Positions 47,364 through 56,515 of a DNA stretch of 64,000 nt are shown here, piece by piece. Every line of letters starts with the position of its first letter. Position 1 is the first letter of the stretch. Below the pieces are notes generated by a model. That model was not told the DNA's origin and did not search any database. It saw only the letters and a program-made list of their open reading frames with translations. The DNA lies in the NCBI GenBank assembly GCA_030528625.1, contig JAUMYN010000001.1:451800-515799 (forward strand), read 5' to 3'. The translations under genes were made by a program, and so were the position numbers. The stretch comes from Candidatus Saccharimonadota bacterium. GTDB lineage: Bacteria; Patescibacteriota; Saccharimonadia; Saccharimonadales; Saccharimonadaceae.

Positions 47364-48416
47364 GTGATTTCGAGGATAAAACTGTATAATTTTCGCTCCT
47401 ACGAGTTGTTCGAGACCGAACTCGGGCCGAACGGTACGGTCATTGTCGGGCCGAACGGTACCGGTAAAACCAACCTGCTGGAGGCGATTTACGTGGGGCT
47501 GCGCGGCGCCAGTTTTCGCGGCTCGCTGAGCGACTGCATGCGTCACCAGACGACCCACACTGTCGTCCATCTTGACGCCAGCGACCATACGCGCCGTGTA
47601 CAGCTATTGCAGGCGGCAAGCGGCATTACCTCTAAAGAGTTTACGATTGACGATGCTCGCAGCAAGCTACTGAGCCGACGGCAGCGCCTGCCAGTGGTGC
47701 TATTTGAGCCCAATGAACTGCGGCTCATTACCTCGTCGCCGCAACGTCGCCGCGAATTTATCGATGGGCTGCTGTCACGGCTGGATGCTACGTACGATAC
47801 ACAGCTGCGCGCCTTTCAGCGAACCCTATTACAGCGCAATGAACTGCTCAAGCGCCATGCCGACACTAACAGTTGGCGCGATCATTTGTTTGCGTGGGAT
47901 ATCAAATGCGTACAGGCCGCTGCTGCCGTAGCGGCCGCTCGCGCTCACTTTTTATACCAGCACGAGGCCCGTCTGGGTGGACTTTATGCCTCGCTCGCCG
48001 GCCAATCGACCGCTTTCGCTGTCGAATACCTCCCGTCGGTGCCGCTGGAAAGCTATGAACAGTCGCTGCTTGATCGCCTGGCACGCGCCCGAGAATACGA
48101 AATCGCCACTGGACACACCTCGGCCGGCCCGCACCGCGAGGATTTTCTGATCTCTCTCCATACCCGCCCCGCCAGCAAAGTCGCCTCGCGCGGCGAACTG
48201 CGCACCATTATGCTGGCATTCAAACTGCTCGAACTGGAATTACAAACCGAACAGGCCAAAAGCCGGCCGCTGATTTTGATGGACGATGTTTTTTCCGAAC
48301 TGGACGCCACACGAGAGCAACTACTTCAGGAAACCATCAGAGACCATCAATTCATCGTCACCACCACCGACGCACGGCACCAAAAGGATGATTGCGTGGT
48401 GATCGCGACTACATAA
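47364..48416 (+). CDS. recF: DNA replication and repair protein RecF
   Basis: GTG start. MISRIKLYNFRSYE...GPNGTGKTNLLEAIY Walker A. 350 aa. C-terminal signature LMDDVFSELD. Confidence 0.9.
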   Translation: MISRIKLYNFRSYELFETELGPNGTVIVGPNGTGKTNLLEAIYVGLRGASFRGSLSDCMRHQTTHTVVHLDASDHTRRVQLLQAASGITSKEFTIDDARSKLLSRRQRLPVVLFEPNELRLITSSPQRRREFIDGLLSRLDATYDTQLRAFQRTLLQRNELLKRHADTNSWRDHLFAWDIKCVQAAAAVAAARAHFLYQHEARLGGLYASLAGQSTAFAVEYLPSVPLESYEQSLLDRLARAREYEIATGHTSAGPHREDFLISLHTRPASKVASRGELRTIMLAFKLLELELQTEQAKSRPLILMDDVFSELDATREQLLQETIRDHQFIVTTTDARHQKDDCVVIATT

Positions 48417-48459
48417 AAACCGCCCTCGCGGCGAGGAGGCGGCTTTCTTGTATACACTA

Positions 48460-48801
48460 CTACTGCGTTTGAATGGCGTCAGAATTTTCGACCAATTCTC
48501 CGATTACGATAGTCACATTATCTTCAATGATTTCATCATACTCCGGCACACGCTCGCGAATCCATGCGTCAATTTGCTCTGCCGGCGCATCGCCATTCTG
48601 TAGTGCCACCAGCTCCTCGAGCTGCGCGTCATCTAGCGAATCAATAATCTCTTCGCTAATCCGCTCATTCACCGTCTCTTCCACGTGCTGAATCAGCGCC
48701 TGCATCTGATCGTCTGGTAGCTGAATACCCACCGAATTCAGCTGCTGCTTAGTGACAATTGCTGCTTGAAGGTTTATTTGTGTATTGTTGTCATTGTTCA
48801 T
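48460..48801 (-). CDS. acidic hypothetical protein
   Basis: 113 aa, strongly acidic, no recognisable motif. Confidence 0.45.
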   Translation of the reverse strand: MNNDNNTQINLQAAIVTKQQLNSVGIQLPDDQMQALIQHVEETVNERISEEIIDSLDDAQLEELVALQNGDAPAEQIDAWIRERVPEYDEIIEDNVTIVIGELVENSDAIQTQ

Positions 48802-48847
48802 AATGATATGATAGCCTTTCTATGTTGTATAGTCAAATTACTGCTTG

Positions 48848-50044
48848 CTAGTTCTGGACTTTCACTGGAACCGCCTGCGGCGCCTTTTGAGCGGCTGCCT
48901 CTCGCCACCCCTCTGCAAAACCGCGGCCCGCCGAAACGAGACCATCGACGACTTTCCGCGCAAGCTTACCAGAAGCTATAGCTGCCTTTGCGCCAAACCG
49001 CTTCAGCCAGTTAGGATCATTATTTGCAATCCGCATAATCCTATCTTTCGCCGATTCCCATTTGTCGCCGCGCGCTTCTCGACGCGCCGCAGCACGCTCA
49101 GCCTTGCGCGTTTCGGCCTGCTGACGACGAGATTCTATACGCTCCTGGGCGCTTTCTGCGGTCTTTGCAGTGCGCTCAGCCTTTGCTGCAAGCCGACTAG
49201 CCGCAGCCTCCAGATTCTGAACCCTCAGCGATACGCGCTTCAACTTAGCATTCGCCGCCGTGCTCAGCCCAGCTTTCTCCTCGGCAATAAGTCGCAATTC
49301 CTCATCTTCTGGGTTTTGATCCGCCCTAGCCATAGCCTCTTCAGCTGCCCGTGCGGCCCCCTCTGCCTCAGCGCGCGCTTCATGTTCCTCTCGCGCAGCT
49401 TCAGCCAGCTGTTTATTGGTCTCATTAAGCTTGCGGCCTGCCTCAGCTACTACTTCTTGAGCCCGCTCAACCAACTTCCCAGCCTGCCTATCGGCCGCCT
49501 CCGCAGCAATGTCCTGTCCCGCGCGAAGCTCCTTCATATACTGACGGGCTTGTTCTCTGTCGGTGCGCTCGGCTTGGCGGCTATCTAATTCAGCTATTCG
49601 TTCCTGACGCTTTGCCAGCCGTGCGGCCTTGCGCCCACGCGCATTTTCTGCCTGCTGCGCAATAAAATCGCGACCCTTATTAAATAACTCTGAAGTTTTT
49701 GCCTTTGCGGCAGCCCACGCATTGCCAGCCGCCTCTTTTGCCTCGGCACCTTTTTCCGCAAGCTGGCCCGACAGCTCAGCGCCCCGGCTTACGCTGATAT
49801 AGAAGTGGTCTTTCAAACCCTGCATTATCTTGCCCAGGCCATCCCTAGCCCGACTCTTCAGTGCGTCAACCCTTTCCTGGCCGTCAGCAATACGCTTCTC
49901 ACGAGTCATGCCGCCAACTTCTTGCGCCAGACGGCTGGGGACAATAAGGCCGCTCTCTAGCTGGCTCCATCCGCCAGCAGACCCAGAGGCTTCACCGACA
50001 TTTTCGTTCGGCGATACAGGAGCTGTGTTCATATTACTACTCAT
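48848..50044 (-). CDS. A/E/R/K-rich coiled-coil hypothetical protein
   Basis: 398 aa. The central 300 aa are low-complexity helical repeats (AEAAREEHEARAEAEGAARAAEEA...). AT-rich upstream region. Confidence 0.5.
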   Translation of the reverse strand: MSSNMNTAPVSPNENVGEASGSAGGWSQLESGLIVPSRLAQEVGGMTREKRIADGQERVDALKSRARDGLGKIMQGLKDHFYISVSRGAELSGQLAEKGAEAKEAAGNAWAAAKAKTSELFNKGRDFIAQQAENARGRKAARLAKRQERIAELDSRQAERTDREQARQYMKELRAGQDIAAEAADRQAGKLVERAQEVVAEAGRKLNETNKQLAEAAREEHEARAEAEGAARAAEEAMARADQNPEDEELRLIAEEKAGLSTAANAKLKRVSLRVQNLEAAASRLAAKAERTAKTAESAQERIESRRQQAETRKAERAAARREARGDKWESAKDRIMRIANNDPNWLKRFGAKAAIASGKLARKVVDGLVSAGRGFAEGWREAAAQKAPQAVPVKVQN

Positions 50045-50236
50045 AGTTTTCCTTTTTATGTCCGTTACTTTAATCTGTTATTATGCTAGCACAGATTTGC
50101 TATTTTGTCAATACGCTTATGCAAAATGCCGCCGCATATCTAGGGCTCTCGCGTCCACTACAACACTCTCACAGCCGCCTAGGCTCTGTGGATACTTAAT
50201 AGACGCCGCAAAAGAATGATTACTCAATTATCTCGG

Positions 50237-50473
50237 CTAATAATCTGTGATATACGCATCTGACGCGCCTATACCAAGGGCGTCGAAATCCTGTACTGTT
50301 TCGACATTACTGGGCCCCTTGTTGCTGCAATATGGTGATATATCGTGATTATCAGCAGCGTACGGATTAGCAAAGTCTGGGCTGCCCAGCTTTGCTTGAT
50401 CGAAATCTAGCGGATTAGTATCACCCACCCCACCCCCCCCGATTTGCCCATTACTTCCTTCCATATTTTCCAT
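50237..50473 (-). CDS. small Gly/Asp-rich hypothetical protein
   Basis: 78-aa ORF containing a G8 homopolymer (GGGGV) and flanked by AT-rich spacers. Confidence 0.35.
   Translation of the reverse strand: MENMEGSNGQIGGGGVGDTNPLDFDQAKLGSPDFANPYAADNHDISPYCSNKGPSNVETVQDFDALGIGASDAYITDY
50433..50440 (-). repeat. homopolymeric G8 (C8 on + strand) tract
   Basis: cacccaccccaCCCCCCCCgattt read directly. Confidence 0.8.
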
Positions 50474-50550
50474 GCCTCTTCAACCTTTCATGATTACTAG
50501 ATAATCTATATTATACACACATACGAAAGTATTGTCAAATAAATAGCTCA

Positions 50551-50585
50551 GCAAAATAATATCAGCCGCATCACTACGGCTGATA
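50551..50585 (-). terminator. rho-independent terminator downstream of tsf
   Basis: Minus-strand RNA AUCAGCCGuagugaugCGGCUGAU followed by AUUAUUUUG. Confidence 0.6.
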
Positions 50586-50606
50586 CTGCATATTCAACTG
50601 CGCGCT

Positions 50607-51203
50607 CTACTCGCTCACACCCAGCTCAATGCGGCGGAACTGGCGCACCACGATGTTTTCGCCTAACTTCGCGATAGCTTCTTTGATATGCTGTTCAACT
50701 GTCTTAGCATCATCCAAAATATACGCCTGAGCAAGCAGCACCTGCTCAGCAAAGTGCTTTTTCAGCTGGCCTTCGACGATTTTTTCCTGCATGTCGGCCG
50801 GCTTATTCTTCAGCGCGTCTGACGCCAGCAGCTCAGCCTTCACGCGATCCAACTCCTCGGCCGGAATATCTGCTTCAGACACGTATTTCGGGCTCATCGC
50901 AGCGATCTGCATAGCCACTTCATGCGCCAGCGTCTTAAAATCATCCAGCCGCGCCACAAAATCAGTTTCGCAGTTCACCTCAACGATCACGCCGATGCGG
51001 CCAGAGTGCACATAGCTTTCAATCAACCCTTCGCGCGCTTCGCGGTCGCCCTTCTTCTCAGCCTTGGTCAGACCCTTCTTGCGCATTGCCTCCAGCGCCT
51101 TATCAAAGTCACCCTCAGCCTCCACCAGTGCCTGCTTGGCATCAGTCAGACCAACACCGGTCAGTTCACGCAGCTTTTTAATATCATCAACTGAAACGCC
51201 CAT
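50607..51203 (-). CDS. tsf: translation elongation factor Ts
   Basis: 198 aa. N-terminal IKKLRELTGVGLTDAKQALVEAEGDFDKALEAMRKKG UBA-like EF-Ts signature. Immediately downstream of rpsB. Confidence 0.9.
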   Translation of the reverse strand: MGVSVDDIKKLRELTGVGLTDAKQALVEAEGDFDKALEAMRKKGLTKAEKKGDREAREGLIESYVHSGRIGVIVEVNCETDFVARLDDFKTLAHEVAMQIAAMSPKYVSEADIPAEELDRVKAELLASDALKNKPADMQEKIVEGQLKKHFAEQVLLAQAYILDDAKTVEQHIKEAIAKLGENIVVRQFRRIELGVSE

Positions 51204-51204
51204 C

Positions 51205-51933
51205 CTATTTCTCCTCTTTTTTCACTGGTTTTTCTTCAGCCTTCACACTGCCGGCGCCCTCGGCCACTGCCGCAGTCAAATAATCCAGCAGCAGCTGGAT
51301 GCCCTTGATCGCATCGTCATTGCCTGGAATCACATAGTCAATGCCTGTTGGATTGACATTAGTATCAACCACGGCAAATACCGGAATGCCTAGTGTCTGC
51401 GCCTCGCGCACCGCGTTAGCATCGGTCAGCGCGTCAACCACCACAATCGCGCCTGGCTTACCCATCAAATCCTTGATGCCGCCGTATTTCAGATTGAGAC
51501 TGTCAATTTCCTCTTGGAAGCGCTGCACCTCCAGCTTGTTGTAGCGCTTTTCCAGGTCGCCTGACGCCATCCGCTTTTCCAAGTTCTTCAGCTTCTTGAT
51601 CTGCTGCGTCACTGTTGCGGCGTTGGTCAGCATGCCGCCAATCCAGCGTTCAACCACATATGGCTGGCTGATCTTTTCTGCTGCCTGGCGCACCGCGTCC
51701 TTGGCTTGCTTCTTCGTGCCGACAAACAGCACCTTGCGGCCACTGGCTGCGATCTTGGTCAGCTCTGGCAGCGCCTTATCCAGCGCCTCGACAGTCTTCA
51801 CCAAGTCGATGATGTGGCTATCCTGCCTTTTAGAGTGAATATATGGCGCCATCTTTGGGTGCCACCGGCTGGTCTTGTGTCCAAAATGAACACCGGCCTC
51901 CAGCAAAGCCTTAATGTCTACCGTTACAGACAT
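51205..51933 (-). CDS. rpsB: 30S ribosomal protein S2
   Basis: MSVTVDIKALLEAGVHFGHKTSRWHPKM S2 signature. Start at the internal Met with an AAGGAG ribosome-binding site. ORF track extends to 51954. Confidence 0.9.
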   Translation of the reverse strand: MSVTVDIKALLEAGVHFGHKTSRWHPKMAPYIHSKRQDSHIIDLVKTVEALDKALPELTKIAASGRKVLFVGTKKQAKDAVRQAAEKISQPYVVERWIGGMLTNAATVTQQIKKLKNLEKRMASGDLEKRYNKLEVQRFQEEIDSLNLKYGGIKDLMGKPGAIVVVDALTDANAVREAQTLGIPVFAVVDTNVNPTGIDYVIPGNDDAIKGIQLLLDYLTAAVAEGAGSVKAEEKPVKKEEK

Positions 51934-52081
51934 CGCTTTCTCCTTTTGCCTCATCTGCCCGCCAATCTAGGAGCGCGAACAGATTGTGTCGTTAAAATTA
52001 GTTACTTGACTATTATAGCAAATTTTGTCCTCTCCAGCAACCCTTTACAATCGTCCGTAAATTGTGTACAATTGAACGGTT

Positions 52082-52441
52082 ATGAAAAGCAGTATTCACC
52101 CACAGAACTATCGCCCGGTCGTATTTAGCGACGATCAAGCGGGCTTTGCGTTCTTGACGCAGTCAACAGCGCAGTCGGATGATACGATCGTTTGGGAAGA
52201 CGGCAACACCTACCCATTGATTAAAGTCCACATCTCATCAGCTTCTCACCCGTACTTTACTGGTGAGGAAAAGATCATCGACACCGAAGGCCGCGTTGAT
52301 CGCTTTAAGGCTCGCCAAGCAGCTGCCGAGGCGCGGCGCGCCGCTCTGGCCAATAAAGCTAAGAAGGCGAATGCCAAGAAGGTTGCCAAGGCCGAGCCAA
52401 AGACCGAACCGAAGAAAAAACCCACAAAGAAAGCCGCCTAG
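52082..52441 (+). CDS. rpmE: 50S ribosomal protein L31, type B with Lys/Ala-rich C-terminal extension
   Basis: [15 protein letters not shown] ... HPYFTGEE with no CxxC zinc ribbon, which indicates type B. It has a 40-aa basic tail. Confidence 0.8.
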   Translation: MKSSIHPQNYRPVVFSDDQAGFAFLTQSTAQSDDTIVWEDGNTYPLIKVHISSASHPYFTGEEKIIDTEGRVDRFKARQAAAEARRAALANKAKKANAKKVAKAEPKTEPKKKPTKKAA

Positions 52442-52453
52442 TCTCCTATTCTG

Positions 52454-52484
52454 AAAAACCGCCGTAATACCCCGGCGGTTTTTA
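52454..52484. terminator. bidirectional rho-independent terminator
   Basis: aaaaACCGCCGtaataccccCGGCGGTtttt: a 7-bp stem flanked by an A-run and a T-run. It serves rpmE (+) and the convergent minus-strand gene. Confidence 0.7.
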
Positions 52485-52574
52485 GTAATGATTATTATTT
52501 CTACCAGATACCAAGCTAGCGGACGCCAAGCTTTCTCAGTATCCAGTCAGCAATAGCATTCCCATAACCCCGTT

Positions 52575-53129
52575 TTATTGAGGCCGCTTCCTGCCGCCTT
52601 CGCTCCTCCTCTTGCTCATGATTAAAGGAGCTTCAATCCAATGCTCTAGGCGCCGCAACGCTTTAACATACCCTTCATGGTCCCCGGTGAGGCTATATTG
52701 ATGAATCGTATCGTAGTCTTCATTGCCCTTTTCACCGTTGCCCTGCATTATAGTCCGGAGGCGTAAAGTGCCGTCTTCTGGGTTGTTAGGGTCGTAGGTC
52801 AGAGTTGCAAAATCAATATACTTATTTGGGTTATTCATCGGACCGCCAATATGCAAATGACACCAGCCAATTCGACGCGTCCCATCTGGCGCCTCCTGCA
52901 TAAAAGGACTTCTTAGCCCATCAAGCATTCTAATACCAGATAGGTCATCAGAAGAGAGTCCATAACTCTCGACAATCACCCTACCAGCTAAATCAGGGTG
53001 CCGCAGTTCTTCTATTGGCTTAGGTGAATACTTATCAGACGAGACCATACCCCATAACTTTTCCGCTATCTGTAGTGGTGATTCAGATTCTTTTGAAGGA
53101 AGTTTGTTGTGATTTATAGTGGAATCCAT
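52575..53129 (-). CDS. hypothetical protein (lower-GC)
   Basis: 184-aa ORF with no recognisable domain. Its composition is more AT-rich than the flanking ung and rpmE genes. Confidence 0.5.
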   Translation of the reverse strand: MDSTINHNKLPSKESESPLQIAEKLWGMVSSDKYSPKPIEELRHPDLAGRVIVESYGLSSDDLSGIRMLDGLRSPFMQEAPDGTRRIGWCHLHIGGPMNNPNKYIDFATLTYDPNNPEDGTLRLRTIMQGNGEKGNEDYDTIHQYSLTGDHEGYVKALRRLEHWIEAPLIMSKRRSEGGRKRPQ

Positions 53130-53165
53130 TATACACTATAAAATTTACTTTGTCAATAGCGCAAC

Positions 53166-53828
53166 CTAACCCAACCGCCAGTCAACCGCTCCGCGCCCGT
53201 GTTCCGCCAAAAAAGTATTAGCGCGTGAAAACGGTTTACTGCCAAAAAAGCCGCGATTTGCCGAAAACGGCGACGGATGGGCGCTGGCGATTTTCAGATG
53301 ACACGGGTTGGTAATGACCTGCCCGACTTTTTGGGCGTGAGCACCCCAGAGAATAAACACCAGGGGCTGCTCGTAGTCATTCAGCAGCTGCAGCACATGC
53401 TCCGAAAACTCCGCCCAGCCATAGTCGGCATGGCTGCCCGCCTGCCCGCGCCGCACGCTCCAGGCGGTGTTCATCAGCAGCACGCCCCGGCTCGCCCATG
53501 GTTCCAAAAAGCCGCTAGTCGGCGCCTCGACACCGATGTCATCGTGTAATTCCTTAAAAATATTTTGCAAACTTGGCGGCAACTTTACGCCGGGCCGCAC
53601 CGAAAAACTCATCCCATGCGCCTGCCCCGGCCCGTGATACGGGTCTTGGCCGATAATGACCACCTTTACCGCGTCCAGCGGACAATACCGAAAACACGAA
53701 AACATATCAGGGCGCGGCGGATAGACATCGTACTGCCCTCGCTCAGCATCAACCCGGTGCATGAGTTGACGAAAATAGGGCTGCTCGGCTTCTGCTTCGA
53801 CAAATTCGCGCCACGATGCATACTTCAT
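53166..53828 (-). CDS. ung: uracil-DNA glycosylase (family 1)
   Basis: KVVIIGQDPYHGPGQAHGMSFSV water-activating loop and C-terminal HPSPFSA motif. Confidence 0.9.
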   Translation of the reverse strand: MKYASWREFVEAEAEQPYFRQLMHRVDAERGQYDVYPPRPDMFSCFRYCPLDAVKVVIIGQDPYHGPGQAHGMSFSVRPGVKLPPSLQNIFKELHDDIGVEAPTSGFLEPWASRGVLLMNTAWSVRRGQAGSHADYGWAEFSEHVLQLLNDYEQPLVFILWGAHAQKVGQVITNPCHLKIASAHPSPFSANRGFFGSKPFSRANTFLAEHGRGAVDWRLG

Positions 53829-53836
53829 GGCACTAT

Positions 53837-54223
53837 TTAAGCACCCTTTTCGCTCGCAAACAACTCTACAAATTCGGCAATCGTCACCGCTGTAGCATCA
53901 GGACAAGTCAGAATATCCTGATCGCCCGTCACGATGATCGCACCATATTGCAGCGCCAGGCGGACAATCGGCTCATCTTTAACATCGCGCACCACTACCG
54001 CGCGATCATCATTCACCGGCAAAGCAAGTTCGTTTAGGCCATGCTCTAGCGCCACTAGAAACTTTCGCGGTGTTTTTGGCGCCAGGCGCTTAATATGCCA
54101 GATCACCTCATGGGTAATCGCGTCCGTGCTAATAAGCCGAGCATGCGCACGGGCCAGCCGCAATGCCCATTCAGCCTGCCCGCCAAATAGCAATCCGCTC
54201 AGCCAGACATTACTGTCCAGCAC
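53837..54223 (-). CDS. PIN-domain toxin (VapC-like)
   Basis: VVLDSNVWLSGLL (first acidic Asp) ... TGDQDIL fits the PIN fold. Start set to GTG 54221-54223 to limit overlap with the antitoxin. The ORF runs to 54334. Confidence 0.55.
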   Translation of the reverse strand: MLDSNVWLSGLLFGGQAEWALRLARAHARLISTDAITHEVIWHIKRLAPKTPRKFLVALEHGLNELALPVNDDRAVVVRDVKDEPIVRLALQYGAIIVTGDQDILTCPDATAVTIAEFVELFASEKGA

Positions 54224-54488
54224 AACTGGCTGGTCTCGCCACTCGCCGTGCGGCTCGTCGCCGCTGCACAACCAGCTGAGCCACTGCTTCCTCTGAGAGC
54301 TGCTCAGCATCCGCCCCGATGCGCTTCCCCTCATCTAACACATACTCCCACAGTCGCTCCCGCCGAATATAGTCAAGCGCTGCTTGGCGTAGAAAATCAC
54401 TCCGGCTGCCGAACTGACGCCTGGCGATCGTATCGATCTGCTCAACTAACTCGCGCGGAAACGAGATATTAAATGTTTGTGAACTCAT
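54210..54488 (-). CDS. ribbon-helix-helix antitoxin (CopG/VapB-like)
   Basis: N-terminal FNISFPRELVEQIDTIARRQFGSRSDFLRQAALDYI RHH motif. 92 aa. Upstream of and overlapping the PIN ORF. Confidence 0.65.
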   Translation of the reverse strand: MSSQTFNISFPRELVEQIDTIARRQFGSRSDFLRQAALDYIRRERLWEYVLDEGKRIGADAEQLSEEAVAQLVVQRRRAARRVARPASCAGQ

Positions 54489-54520
54489 GCCTTAGATTGT
54501 ATATAAATTGTATAAGAAAG

Positions 54521-55261
54521 TCAATCACCGGCAACCGCTTCAGATTCCTCTTCTGGCTGGCGCGATGCGATAAACTTCCGTAGTTCTAGCAATAATTCAC
54601 TGTACTCAGGGGAGCTGGGTGAAAAATAATCAAAAGTTATACTCTCCTCGCCCGGCCTCACAACGCGCGCATCAACGACCTCACCACTCTCCTCTGTCGA
54701 GTCTCTGCGGCGCAGCTCTTGCTCAACCTTATCGCCAGCAACCTTTGCAAACCGGAAAAACCGTACCTGCCGTGTTCGTCCGTCTATAACGCCGCCGCAT
54801 ACGCAGTTGTCGGTTGGCGATAAGTCATCCACGCCCAGCGGGGCGCTATCCTCTCCTACCAAATTCATATCCATCCTAAATAACACGACGGTCTTTTCAT
54901 CCTGAAGAGGCAGCGCGATGAGCGAGGTGGTTGCCTCGAAACCAGGAAGGTCATCGATACCCACCGTGTCGTGCGGCCGAAAGAACTGAAACTCAAAGCA
55001 ATAATGATACGAGGTGGGAGCGCCCGCACCTCCGGTCCGAGGAATGAGCCCGCCAGAGGACAGTGCTTTCGCCAATGCGGGCAGCTCGCCAGGCAGCTGG
55101 TTAGGGGTGAGTGCATATAGTACTTGCGTGCTATCTGGGTCTGACAGCGCCTCTAACGCCCCCCCTGTTAGCTCGCGAGACTCCTGGCGAAGATACGCCC
55201 CACTCGCCAACCCGTCGATATTATACCTGCTAAAAATACTTGGTTGTATACCTTTATCCAT
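54521..55261 (-). CDS. hypothetical protein
   Basis: ORF track gives 54521..55735, but the N-terminal 158 codons are antisense to prfA and are Ser/Ala-rich mirror-frame. Truncated here to Met MDKGIQ (ATG 55259-55261), giving 246 aa. No recognisable domain. Confidence 0.45.
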   Translation of the reverse strand: MDKGIQPSIFSRYNIDGLASGAYLRQESRELTGGALEALSDPDSTQVLYALTPNQLPGELPALAKALSSGGLIPRTGGAGAPTSYHYCFEFQFFRPHDTVGIDDLPGFEATTSLIALPLQDEKTVVLFRMDMNLVGEDSAPLGVDDLSPTDNCVCGGVIDGRTRQVRFFRFAKVAGDKVEQELRRRDSTEESGEVVDARVVRPGEESITFDYFSPSSPEYSELLLELRKFIASRQPEEESEAVAGD

Positions 55262-55319
55262 AGTGGTCTTGATTATACACCATTTTTCTATATATGTCAA
55301 ATAAATTATTTCCTTACTT

Positions 55320-56408
55320 GTGGTATACTTAAAGAGTATGACCAAAATCTCTCTCGACATCACCGCCCTGAGGGCTGAGCACGCTGAGCTGGAGGCGTTT
55401 TTGGCGCGCCCTGATGCGTATAATGCGCCTGATTTTATGACCAAAAATAAGCGCTTTACTGAACTGGAAACGCTTATTGCTAAAGCAACAGAGCGCCAGA
55501 CCCTGGAGCAACACCTAGCTGAAGCGCGTGAGCTAGCGGCGGGCGGCGATGAATTGGCGGAGCTAGCCAAGGCGGAAATGACCGAGACCGAGGAGCGGCT
55601 GGCGGCGCTCGAGGAGGAATTATTCATCTTACTGACACCCAAAGACCCGAATGACGAGAAAAACATCATCATGGAAATCCGCGCTGGGGCGGGCGGCGAT
55701 GAAGCCAGCCTGTTTGCGGCGGAACTGTACCGCATGTATCTGCGTTGGTGCGAGGCGCACGGCTACCGCACCGAGTTGATCAACGAGTCGGCTAATGATT
55801 CGGGCGGCTACAAAGAGGTAATTTTTAGTGTCAAGGGCGATGCGCCGTATGCCCAGCTGAAGTTTGAAGGCGGCGTCCACCGGGTGCAACGCGTGCCGAC
55901 CACCGAAAGCCAGGGGCGGATTCACACCAGTACCGTCACCGTGGCGGTGCTGCCAGAGGCTGAAGAAGCCGACATTGACATTCACGCCAACGATCTGCGC
56001 GTCGACGTGTTCCGCTCGGGCGGGCACGGCGGCCAATCGGTCAACACCACTGATTCGGCGGTACGGATCACTCACCTGCCGACTGGCCTAGTAGTAACCA
56101 ATCAAGACGAGAAATCGCAGATCAAGAACCGCGAAAAGGCCATGAGCGTACTGCGTTCGCGCCTGCTTCAGATGAAAATTGACGAGGAAAATGCCAAATT
56201 GACCGCCGAGCGCCGCTCGCTGGTCGGCACTGGTGATCGCTCAGAAAAAATCCGCACTTACAATTTTCCGCAAGATCGCATTACCGACCACCGCATCCAC
56301 TACAGCCGCAGCAACATCCCCGCCGCGATGGACGGGGATATCGACGATATTATCGAGCACCTGCAGCGCTTTGAGCGGGAGCTGAAGGCGAAGAATGCGG
56401 AGAGATAG
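55320..56408 (+). CDS. prfA: peptide chain release factor 1
   Basis: PTT ([14 protein letters not shown]) and GGQ ([24 protein letters not shown]) motifs. 362 aa. An alternative start is MTKISLD at 55338. Confidence 0.9.
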   Translation: MVYLKSMTKISLDITALRAEHAELEAFLARPDAYNAPDFMTKNKRFTELETLIAKATERQTLEQHLAEARELAAGGDELAELAKAEMTETEERLAALEEELFILLTPKDPNDEKNIIMEIRAGAGGDEASLFAAELYRMYLRWCEAHGYRTELINESANDSGGYKEVIFSVKGDAPYAQLKFEGGVHRVQRVPTTESQGRIHTSTVTVAVLPEAEEADIDIHANDLRVDVFRSGGHGGQSVNTTDSAVRITHLPTGLVVTNQDEKSQIKNREKAMSVLRSRLLQMKIDEENAKLTAERRSLVGTGDRSEKIRTYNFPQDRITDHRIHYSRSNIPAAMDGDIDDIIEHLQRFERELKAKNAER

Positions 56409-56479
56409 CGCACCTCCGAACCGCGGGCTCCGATTTCAGTACAATCACAACTTTTCCAGCTTTTTGCAAGCACCGTCAC

Positions 56480-56508
56480 TTTACTCACCCCTAAGTTTGT
56501 CGTATAAT
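56480..56508 (+). promoter_or_regulatory. prmC promoter TTTACT-17-TATAAT with ATG 7 nt downstream (leaderless arrangement)
   Basis: TTTACTcacccctaagtttgtcgTATAATtaacaacATG read directly. Confidence 0.5.
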
Positions 56509-56515
56509 TAACAAC

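Noticed and set aside
55262-55735. N-terminal 158 codons of the 404-aa minus-strand ORF 54521..55735
   Set aside because: This part is antisense to prfA (55320-56408). The translated segment is Ser/Ala-rich mirror-frame sequence. The gene was truncated to the first Met outside prfA (55261).
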